IMG/VR virus record: IMGVR_UViG_3300020048_000028
Source of the DNA: an uncultured virus (IMG/VR IMGVR_UViG_3300020048_000028)
Lineage: Duplodnaviria > Heunggongvirae > Uroviricota > Caudoviricetes
Strand: one strand, 5' to 3'
Length of the DNA: 64,000 nucleotides
Shown here: positions 36,321-46,800 of the stretch, piece after piece
How the letters are laid out: every line of letters begins with the position of its first letter
Numbering within the stretch: the stretch's first letter is position 1
Made by a program: the position numbers and the translations under genes
The notes under the pieces: generated by a model
Seen by the model: only the letters and a program-made list of their open reading frames with translations
What the model was told of the DNA's origin: nothing
The model's database searches: none

Positions 36321-38468
36321 ATGGAAACAGTACAACTACTACCCAAAGATATGATATTATATCTTTTAAACTTGATAAGATATGATGTTCCTATCTTAAT
36401 GGCAGGTAAATCATCTATCGGTAAATCTTATACCATGTTAGAACTTTGTAAACAATGGGGTATGCCAAACAGCGTACTTTATGTAGGTTCTGAAAAAGCT
36501 GATAATATAGAGGGTTTACCTAAGCTTATTCAGACAGATGCAGAAGCCTCTACGAGTGAAAGTGTTTTAGAGTATTATAAGCCTTATTGGTTTCCTAAAA
36601 CTAATTTAATTCAAGATGCAGTACAAAGAGGTCAAGATATTTTTGATAAACAAATTGTTCCTAATTTTTCAGATAAAAGATTTTCAGATAATTTACCATA
36701 CGAAACAATTATGGGACTTTTATTCGCAATTTCTAAAATGTCATTTCAAGGAAATAGTTTATCTCAAGAATTTGATTTTGTAGATACTACAAAATATGTA
36801 TATCCTGATAATGATGCTTTTCAAATTGTAAATAAGCCAATTACGCTTACAAGGCAATTAGCAGAAAAAGGAGAAGATGCTTTAAAATATAGAAATGAGT
36901 TATATGAGTTATCTATTTACTTATGTACTTTAGTTGGACTTGGAAACTATTGGTTATTACTTGATGAGTTAGATAAAGTTGATGACTCTGAAGCTGATAA
37001 GTTTGCTCCAATGTTACATATTGTTCGTGAGCGTAGATTAAAAAACTATTCATTAAGAGAACTTAATGATGGTAAGGGTGCTGACGTTGCAATGAATGTA
37101 GTTGGAAACTCTTATCGTAAGATTTATAATAATATTAAAAATAATTTAGCTAATAACCAATCTGTACTTGATTCTCGTATCATTGGTATTTCTAATAAAA
37201 CTGATAATATTGTTCGTATATCTGATGCCTTATTTAAGCGTTTTATTCAAGTAATTATTTCTGAAATACTTGTTCTTAAGCCTATTGATTCTAAATTACA
37301 AAAAATAAGAGATTGTCTTTCTATTATTGAAACTAAGATTGAAAATGTATCACAAGGAGAATTAACTTTAGGATTCCTTGAAGAAATAAATTTACAATGG
37401 CAATTTGGTTTTTTACCAAGAATATTAAATGACCAAGATACCGCAGGTAATTTTATTAGAAATAATTATTTAACTAAAGTATCAGATGCTTTAATGATTA
37501 CCGATACCGAAGTAAGAAAAGAAAAAATACTTGAATTAAGGAGAAGAACAGCACTATGGAAACTTTGTGTTGATAATTTTGATGAAGAAACTATTATTAA
37601 AGAGGAAGATGCTGATGGAAGTATTAATAATACAACTATTCCTGCTTTAGTAATGAATTGTTTAGCAGGTCAAATTCTTGACATTAAAGCTACTGAAGAA
37701 AAAGAAATATCATCTAATCCATTAGACTTAATTAACGAAAAACTTGCAATGGGGCTTAATGATAAAGAAGCTGCTATTGAAGTGTATAATGTTTTAATGG
37801 AAAAATATAATCAATTACCTAATCCTCAAGGTTCTGAAATTGTTGATATGAATAGTAGAAGATTAGAGCTTTCTTCTTTAATTGATTACGCTTTCTCTTT
37901 CATTTCTTATACGGCATATTCTGATGGATATTCTCAAGATAAAATTAAAAATAATGAGCCATATACTCCTTTAGAGATAAATAAATACTTAATTCCATTA
38001 ATTATTAAGTTCACTCTTAAAGCGATTACTAAGGATACGATTATAAGTTTTGACGATAAAGATTTATTATTATCTCAGCACGCAAAACTTTGGGATGAAT
38101 TTTCACTTCCTGACCATATTGCTATTTTAAAAGGCGACCCTGACTTAACTAATAAATTATTCTATTCGGGAGAAGATAGTTTATGGGGAAGTTCCGACCT
38201 TAATGCTGATGATTTTCAAAAATCATTTGTAAATAGTTATAATGTAGATAATCAAGAATTATTTGAGGAATTTATTAAGGCTTATGTAGATATGGATGCA
38301 GATGAAAGAAAAGAGTTTGCTGATTTCATTGAATATATCAAAAAGTATAGACTTGATGATGTAAAAGAAATAAAAGTAAGACAAACTAAAAATTTAGTTT
38401 TAGCTAAAAAAATCGCTGAATCTCAAGTTTTAAGTAAAAAATATACAGAAGCATTTGGGAAATTATGA
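36321..38468 (+). CDS. MoxR-like AAA+ ATPase with large insertions
   Basis: Walker A GKSSIGKS, DNIEGLP, Walker B LLLDELDK, sensor ISNK, DALFKRF. Confidence 0.8.
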   Translation: METVQLLPKDMILYLLNLIRYDVPILMAGKSSIGKSYTMLELCKQWGMPNSVLYVGSEKADNIEGLPKLIQTDAEASTSESVLEYYKPYWFPKTNLIQDAVQRGQDIFDKQIVPNFSDKRFSDNLPYETIMGLLFAISKMSFQGNSLSQEFDFVDTTKYVYPDNDAFQIVNKPITLTRQLAEKGEDALKYRNELYELSIYLCTLVGLGNYWLLLDELDKVDDSEADKFAPMLHIVRERRLKNYSLRELNDGKGADVAMNVVGNSYRKIYNNIKNNLANNQSVLDSRIIGISNKTDNIVRISDALFKRFIQVIISEILVLKPIDSKLQKIRDCLSIIETKIENVSQGELTLGFLEEINLQWQFGFLPRILNDQDTAGNFIRNNYLTKVSDALMITDTEVRKEKILELRRRTALWKLCVDNFDEETIIKEEDADGSINNTTIPALVMNCLAGQILDIKATEEKEISSNPLDLINEKLAMGLNDKEAAIEVYNVLMEKYNQLPNPQGSEIVDMNSRRLELSSLIDYAFSFISYTAYSDGYSQDKIKNNEPYTPLEINKYLIPLIIKFTLKAITKDTIISFDDKDLLLSQHAKLWDEFSLPDHIAILKGDPDLTNKLFYSGEDSLWGSSDLNADDFQKSFVNSYNVDNQELFEEFIKAYVDMDADERKEFADFIEYIKKYRLDDVKEIKVRQTKNLVLAKKIAESQVLSKKYTEAFGKL

Positions 38469-39934
38469 TAATTGATACTACGCCATTTGATGATTTTAAT
38501 TTATTTTTTGCTTGGTATATGAATATTATCAAGTCAAAAGTAGATGGGTATAATGTTGCAATGAGTTCTGATGAAATTCATATTCTTTTTGGTGAATTAA
38601 ATAAAGAAGAAAAAGATTTTACTGATAGAGCTATTAGAAAAATACAAAATATACCTAAAGGTATATTTTTCACTAATGACAATACTATTGGTACATTCGC
38701 AAGTCGATGGGACTCAACTAAAAATAAGGCAGAGATACTTTATCCATCTGTTACTTATTATTGGTTAAGATTTCCCTCTATGGTTAAGGCTCTTATGCAG
38801 CATGAAATAGGTCATATTGTTAATGGAGATATTCTTTATAAAAGTGAAAACGGAGCAGATTATCAAAGAAAACATAAAAACTGTATTAATAGGTCGATGG
38901 ATTGTAGAATTAATCAAAACATCAATTACCAAACTTTAGATTATGTTAATCGTTGCTTATTTACATTTACTAATCACCCTACTGAGTTAATAGTTCCTGA
39001 ACAGTTTTTTCCTAAATGCGGTTTGCCTTTAGCTTTAAAAGGTAAAGCTAATTGGACTTATATACATACAAATTATCATAATGTAAATCCTGAGCCTCTT
39101 AATGAAAACGAAGAAAGCTTTGAATTAAAAATTGGTACTTACGTTAAAACTACCGTTGATAAAAATAAGCATCCCGTTGGAACTTATGGTAGGATTTATG
39201 ATGCTATACCAACAGGATTTGGCGTTTATGAATATTCAGTTATGAGAATTACTGATGAGGAAATTGAGGCTTTAGAAAATGATTCCTTTAAATTCTTTGA
39301 AAATTTCACTAATGACCCTATTATTGTTGTTGCAGCAGATATGGTTGTTAAATCACCTACATTTGATTTTAATGCTCATCGAATAGGAGAGTATGAATAC
39401 AATAAAGATTTAAAGGAAATAAAGGTAATTCAAAAACCAATTTCTCAAGATAATCCTCCTCCTCAAGAAGGAGATATTGCATTAGCTATTGAGAATATAG
39501 GAAGTATTGGAGAAGCTAATTTCGCTATGGTTATATCTTTAATTGATGAATCAAAAAAAGAATATAAGCTATGTGAGTTTTCTGATGAGATTCAAACAAT
39601 TATTGGTAGAGGAAAATCTAATGAATATTTTGAAAAACTTAATAGTGGGGAAAATTTATTTAAGGATGAATATACTTTTGAAACAGGTACATATCTTAAA
39701 AATTTTATTCTAAGAAATTTATCTCCTATTCCTAAAAACCCACCGCCACCGCCACCACAATCACCAAAAGATACTAAGGAAATTAAAAAACCTAAAGTTG
39801 GAAATGTTGTTGTAATTCAAAAAGGTGAGAGTAAAGGTAAATATGGGGTTATACAAGATATAGATGCAGATGGTAAATATTCTATAAAAGAAGTTTCCGA
39901 AGAAGTTGCTAAGGCAATGGTTGCTAAAAAGTAA
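38465..39934 (+). CDS. HEXXH zinc-metallopeptidase-like protein with a C-terminal KOW/SH3-like domain
   Basis: LMQHEIGH...NRSMDCRIN; KVGNVVVIQKGESKGKYGVI. Confidence 0.7.
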   Translation: MIIDTTPFDDFNLFFAWYMNIIKSKVDGYNVAMSSDEIHILFGELNKEEKDFTDRAIRKIQNIPKGIFFTNDNTIGTFASRWDSTKNKAEILYPSVTYYWLRFPSMVKALMQHEIGHIVNGDILYKSENGADYQRKHKNCINRSMDCRINQNINYQTLDYVNRCLFTFTNHPTELIVPEQFFPKCGLPLALKGKANWTYIHTNYHNVNPEPLNENEESFELKIGTYVKTTVDKNKHPVGTYGRIYDAIPTGFGVYEYSVMRITDEEIEALENDSFKFFENFTNDPIIVVAADMVVKSPTFDFNAHRIGEYEYNKDLKEIKVIQKPISQDNPPPQEGDIALAIENIGSIGEANFAMVISLIDESKKEYKLCEFSDEIQTIIGRGKSNEYFEKLNSGENLFKDEYTFETGTYLKNFILRNLSPIPKNPPPPPPQSPKDTKEIKKPKVGNVVVIQKGESKGKYGVIQDIDADGKYSIKEVSEEVAKAMVAKK

Positions 39935-39958
39935 TACAACATCATTAAAATTATTAAA

Positions 39959-40633
39959 ATGGATACGAATAGTGAAATAAGGAAACTAATAGATGCTTCT
40001 GTTAATAACCCTTACGCATATAACAAAGAAGATTTAAAATACTCTGTACTTAACTATACAGAGTGTTTTGATTTTATACTTGATGATAAAGATATTAAGT
40101 CAGGTATTAATAGGTTATACGGCTATTTAGGGATAAATGAATTTACTGAAAACATATCTTGTATCGTTTCTAATTCAGTAAATGGAAATATTGCAAAAAA
40201 TATTTCTGATAATATCCATATTCATTGTTTTGATAATGATTACTATTGTTCTATGGCAAGTCAAATTGCTAATTATGATAAAAATCAAAAAGATAAAATT
40301 GAGTTTTTATTCGGAGATATAAGTCAGTTTTTTACTTCAGATTTTAGTTCAAATTTTTATGCTGATTTTATAGTAACCTGTCCAAGTGAATTTAATTCTG
40401 CATATAAAAGTTTAGATTCTGAAATGAAGTACAGGCAAATGAATGCTCAAGAATACTATACGAAAAGAAGTATTGACCTTTTAAATAGTGGTGGTATTTG
40501 TATGTGTATAATTGCAAGTGATTTAGAGGCATTTATTAAAAATAAAATGGTATCTTTCGAGAAGAAAGTATCTATTTTAGGAAGTGTTAAATTTGATAAA
40601 GGTTATTCATTTATTTTTATAAAAAAAGCATAA
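39959..40633 (+). CDS. degenerate N6-adenine methyltransferase-like protein
   Basis: ADFIVTCPS at the NPPY position; YYTKRSIDLLNSGGICMCI. Confidence 0.6.
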   Translation: MDTNSEIRKLIDASVNNPYAYNKEDLKYSVLNYTECFDFILDDKDIKSGINRLYGYLGINEFTENISCIVSNSVNGNIAKNISDNIHIHCFDNDYYCSMASQIANYDKNQKDKIEFLFGDISQFFTSDFSSNFYADFIVTCPSEFNSAYKSLDSEMKYRQMNAQEYYTKRSIDLLNSGGICMCIIASDLEAFIKNKMVSFEKKVSILGSVKFDKGYSFIFIKKA

Positions 40634-40634
40634 T

Positions 40635-40862
40635 ATGGAATATCAAAAGCTGCCGATAAGCACAAGAAATAGTAATATTGAAAATATATCTGTTGTATTA
40701 AATACACTTGATTATATAGACTTTCCATACATGAATAATATTTGTAAGTCTGATTATGAAAGATTTAAACTAATTAATTTTATACAAAGCAAATTATCGG
40801 AACAAGCTTCTGATAAAGAAAGTATTTACAAGTTTTGTATTGCATTTGAAAAAAATATTTAA
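40635..40862 (+). CDS. hypothetical protein
   Basis: 75-aa ORF within the operon. Confidence 0.65.
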   Translation: MEYQKLPISTRNSNIENISVVLNTLDYIDFPYMNNICKSDYERFKLINFIQSKLSEQASDKESIYKFCIAFEKNI

Positions 40863-40873
40863 AATAAAAATAA

Positions 40874-43800
40874 ATGGATAAGAATTTTATACAATATCAA
40901 GCATCTTCTGTTAAAGACTTAATAGATTTATTTGATTATACATTTACATCAGATGGGAATGAATATAAGCTAATTGATTTTGTAAAGAGCCAATTAATAA
41001 CATATCCTGATTTAAGACCTTATGTTAGTCAGCTTTTTGATAAAAAAATAACAAACGATAAAGAATGGTTTACATATAATATATCTGCTGAATATGTTGA
41101 AGTTTTATTTCAAGCAGATGATTATGACGAAGTATGTTTGAATTTTGTGAAATTATATAATAGCTATGTATTATATAAAAATGATACTATTGTAATAGAA
41201 TTTGGAAGAAACAATGCTTGGGAGATAAAATCTAAAGAATTTTATTCAGATAAAAATAAATCTAATATTATTGATACTCAAAATGTAGGTTTTGTTTATA
41301 ATCCTGAGCTTTCAGAAACCGTTCAAACATCAAGAACTGAGATTGATTTCAGTTCTAATAGTGATATTGAAAGATATAGAGATATTTTAACTATTTTTAA
41401 AAACGGCATAAGTTTTTATACAAAAGATGAGGCAAGAGGAGAAAGCTCTTATTCTATCGTAGACAAAGACAGAGATAAAATTTTCGTTAGTGAGCCTGTA
41501 AAATCAATCATCATTAATCAAACTAATTTAAAAGGAGTTATTCCTTTACAAAGTAATTTTTATTTTAATCCTGAAGATGTAAATAAACAAGTTTCTGTTT
41601 CTGTAAGAGCAGATTTAGAATATGCTGAATGGAAAAGTGATGTTTCTGATATAGATATATTAAATGATAATATAGCTGTATATAATGAGGTTAATAAATT
41701 AAGAGATTTAGCTAAATCAAAAGCTAACTCTTATATAGGTGCAAATTATATTGATAAAATAAACAAGAAAGCTTTACTTAAGTCAAAGTATAAATTCTAT
41801 TCGTTAGCCTCACTAAAAGATAAAAATAATCTTTATCCTAATACGGCAGTTAATCTTGTATTTAATAAAGAGAGAACTATTTCTACTATGGTAGATGGTT
41901 ATGATTTTTATTATACAATGGCTTTGCTATGTAAAGTGGATTCCGATATAACATTTGATATTTATTACGATGAAGAAAATAAAAAAGTAGTGTTCTTAGG
42001 TAGCAGAATGATGTCGGTTAAAACTCCAATAGGATTTAACCAATCAACTATGCAGCTTGAATATGCTATAAAAGATGTTTTTCTTACCATTACGTTGCCT
42101 GTATTAGAGCAATATTATAATATTATTGATGAGGTTTGGTTATTTTCTTATTCATTATCAACTTCTTTAAGTGAAATTATTGAATATAATAAGGAATTAG
42201 ATGAGATTTCTAAAATAAAAATACCTACGGAATTTTTAAATCAGAAAGATATAATTGCTAAAGGGCAAATGGTTAAGATTGAAAGTATTGAAGAAAAAAT
42301 AAACAATACTAAATCAAAAGGTAAGGTTTTATTAAATAAAGTGGCTTCATATATTGAAGATTATATCTTAACGTATTGCCATAAAAAACAATTTGATGTA
42401 AAAGATGAAAACGGTAATGTTGTTTCTGTAAAAAATATTTACGAGCCTAATACAACTGATAAAAGATTTTTTACTCAAGGTACTCAGGAAGGTACTCAGG
42501 TAAACTACGATTATGTATGGAAAGTAAATGAACTGTTTTGGAGATATAATAATAATTTATCTATTATCGAAATGATGGCTTACTTTGTAGCAAAAGGAGA
42601 TGATTATTATTATCGTTTATTATCTTATAGAATACTTGGAGTAGATTGTTATTTATTCAAGGATTTACTTATTGAGCCGTTATTAGTAGAGGGAGTGTTA
42701 TGTATAGATGATTTCTCTATTAATGTTCAATTAAAGTCTATTGAAAAGCCATTATCTTATTCTTATAAATATGAATATGCAACAGGTAATTATTACGAGA
42801 AACGTAGAAAATTATTCAGTATAGACCAATCGGATTTAGATAATTTATCTATATATCCGATGAGAGAGTCTGTAATACTTTATTTTGGTAGAGAGATAGG
42901 TGAAAATATTATTCAAAATCAATTATTTCTATTAGAGAATAGGTTGGTTAAGCCTTCTGAAATGACATGGAACTCTAAATCTGACAACAGTAAATTGTTT
43001 TCAAATCCTTTAGACCCTATATTTTTACAAAGTGAAACTGTAAATATTAAAAATAAAAGCGGTTATTCAAATTTAGTAGTTAAAGATTTTTATGATTTCT
43101 TAGGTTCTGCAAGATTTACAAATGACCAAGTTACAAGAAAGGATTTATTATACGCTTATGTTCTTAGATTGCCCGAAAGTGTATCTATTCCATTACAATT
43201 TATAAATGAATTTAATTGTTATAAAATAGCAATTTTATCAAAAGAAAATCCTGAAAATACTAAGGGTGTCGATGTATTTGCTGTATTTGGAGCAAATGAT
43301 AATAAAAACGAAAAGCCATTATTTTTAGCAAATGATTCTATAAATTCTCAAGACTGTAAATACTATATACGAAATAAAAATTTTGCAGGAAGTATAAAGT
43401 TTAAGAGAAGAAGAAAGATGACTAAAAAAGGATATAAAGACTTGGGAACTTATGCTTTTTCTAAAAATTTAGACCATCTTGACGATGAATCTTTTATTAA
43501 TTTATTTGAAGGTGGTTTTATTTCTAAAGATGAATACGACAATAACTTAATTAATACAATAAATAGAAAAAAAATAGTTGCGGAAATATTAATTGCATTT
43601 AATACAAAACAACCTAAAGTTATTATTGAAGGGGATATTCAATTCAATAAGTATATGAATACTAAGGTTGATAATTTAGATGCTCTTAAAATGCAGCAAA
43701 TTTGGAATGAGAGATATAATTATTCTATGTATCCTAAGCAATCGGTAATGGTTGAAGGTTTTAATGAAGTTTTAAAATTAGATAATTCAAAATTTCCAAT

Positions 43801-46800
43801 ATTTATTGAGCATAGTAGATTTTTTAAAGATGAAAATTCCCAAGAATTTTTACTTAACGATAATCAAATTGACGGTATTAAATTCCATGTAGGTAATGAT
43901 AATAGCAGCTTATTAGCTCACGAGGTTGGTTTTGGAAAGACCACTACTTCTATTTGCTCACTTACACATAATTTCCTTACAGGTAAAGCTAATAGAACAA
44001 TGATTTCTGTGCCTAATCCAACTTATATAAATTGGATTTCTGAAATGAAAGGTCAAACTATTAGTGATACTAAAAAGCTTAGAGGTTTAATTCCTCACAT
44101 TAATATTGTAGAATTAAAGAATGCAAGAAAAGATGTATTTTTAAAATATGATGCTAAGACATTTACTCAAACTGAAGGTATTAAAAAATACACTAAGAGT
44201 CAAATACAAATCATTCATAACTTTGCAAGTGCAACATCAATAATAGTTGCGGAAATAAATCAAAGAGTTAAAAAGATTTATTTTACTGATTATGAATCAA
44301 AGAAAGAAAATTTTGATGCTCTTATTAAATTTATAGAAAAAACATTTGATTCCAATCTTACGGATTGGAGAAGCGAAGCTTTTTTTACTAATTATTTTGA
44401 AGAATTGGGTGAAAATAAAAATGAATATCAAAGCCAATTTAACGATAAAATTAATATAGAGAATGATTTAGAATTTAATTCAGTTCAGAAAGTTAACGAT
44501 AATCTTAATAAAACTCAAAAAGAAAAAGATGATGAAATCCTAAATATTAGAGATAAGTATAAAAAGAAAAAGATTAAAATATTTGAAGATTCTTCAAAAG
44601 ATTTCACGAGTCAGGTTATTGCTTTACTTAAATCTAAGCAAAATTCTATATTTGATGTTATTGGTGTTTATGAAGAATGTTTTTTAAGAAAATATTCAGT
44701 AATAATTTGTACGCATGAGGCAATAGGTCAATTACGAGTAAATAAGGAAGTGGCACAACAGATTTCAATGGAGTTGAAAGACAATAATAGTTTTGCTGAT
44801 GAATTAGAACGAAACGCAATAGGTTTTGATAAGTTAGATATTGATTCTATCATTGTTGATGAGGTTCATAATTTTAATGAATTATTTGCATATTCAAAAA
44901 GACAAATTTCTCAACTTATACCATCTTACAGAAGTAAATCTTATTTTATAGCATCTGATTATTCACTTAATTCTTTATCTAATATTGGTTCACCAAGATT
45001 TGCAAAGAAAGCAAGAGGTACAAATTTGAGTTCAGTTATTAAGTTTAACTTATCTTCTAAAAAAACGAGTGTTATAAAGTCAAGTTTGTTCGGTATATGT
45101 AAAACTTTACAAAATAATTTCTCTAATAAGAAGGCTATTAATATCATGTTGTTATCCGCAACTCCATTCGTTGATAATTTATTTCAGATGATAGGGGTAT
45201 TTAATATGTTAAGACCTTTTCCTTTACCAATAAACTTCTTTTCAAACTATTTATATCAAGAGTGGGATTGGGAAAATGACCATAAAGGAGAAACTGTATT
45301 AAAAGTTCAAACGTCAAACTTTAAAAATCACGATGCGAGAAATAATTGGATTAGGCTTTATAGTCAATTTTATACATTTGACCAAAGAATTAATGCAAAA
45401 AGACCTAATAAGTTTGTTTACCCTTATGATTGCAAAAACTCAGTTAATCAATATGAGGATAATTGTAATTCAAGCGTTTATCTTGACTTTTCAGAAGAAC
45501 AATACTCTATTTATAAAAACATAGGTAAGTTTGTTGATGGTGTTATTGGCAGAGATAATATAGTTAAAATTAAATTAAATACAGTTGCTGTAACTAAAGA
45601 GTTATATATAGATTCTGATAATATTACTACCTGTAAAGAATTAATTGATAAATCAGATTCTTCTTATGACTTAGAATCAGCAGCAGAGCTATTTATTCAT
45701 AATAATTGGATTCAGGTTCTACTTGATACTAAGAGTGAATATCATAAAGAAATTTCTGAAATATACGATGTTATTAAAGAAGAATATTTGAAACAAATTT
45801 CCGATGAGGAAGATGAGGATTCTAAATTAGATGACGATGGCGAAGTTAGTGTTCAAGATATAAATGATGAATCTGAAATTAGTGGAAATGGAATAAGTGA
45901 TGCAGGTACAAGAGCTTTGCAGGCACAGGATTTAGGAAAAAAATTATCATTATCTCCATACATGATTACTGCTATGGAAAATGGTGTTAATTTATTTAAA
46001 GATTCTTATATAAATTCAGATTTACCTCCTTTATATGGAATGAATACTCCTGAAAATATGCTTAAATCAGCTATTAATTTTGTGGAAACATCTCCTAAAA
46101 TATATTTTTGCGTTAAAGCTATTCAATGCTTAATTAAAAAACATATAGAAAATGGTGAGGATATTTCAGGTCAGATTATTTATATGGCTTGGGGACAATC
46201 TTTTTGGTATGGTGGTTATATGTATAATGGAATGGAATTGATAAAGGCTTATTTAGCAAATTCATTAAACTTAAATAAAACGTTTACAGTTGAAGAATCG
46301 GATGAGCTTTCACGCTCAGGAGTAGATTCTAAAAAATGTGGTGCATCTGATATTTCTGTAAAAGCTAAAAAAGAAAATGTATTAAAGAGTTATAATTTAA
46401 GTGAAATACAAATTGTTAGTGGAAAAAGTCAAGATGCTTTGAAAAAAAGTGCTATATCTAAATCTTTCAACAATGGTAAAATTAAAGTATTAATTGGTTC
46501 AGGTACAATTAAAGAAGGTATAAATTTACAGGGTGAAAAAAATCATGGAAACTCTACTATTTATGTACTGACTGCTGAATATGCTCCAATGGCAATGATG
46601 CAATTAGAGGGCAGAATTTGGCGACAAGGAAATCCTCTTGAGAATGTTAGAATGGTTTATCCTTTAATTAAAAACTCTATTGACTCTCATATTTATTCTA
46701 AATTGAACGAGAAAATTAAAAAAGTGAAAAATATGCTTGAGGCAGGTATTTACGATTTTAAAGAAACTCAATTTGATAAAGATATTGAGGGAGTTTCTCT

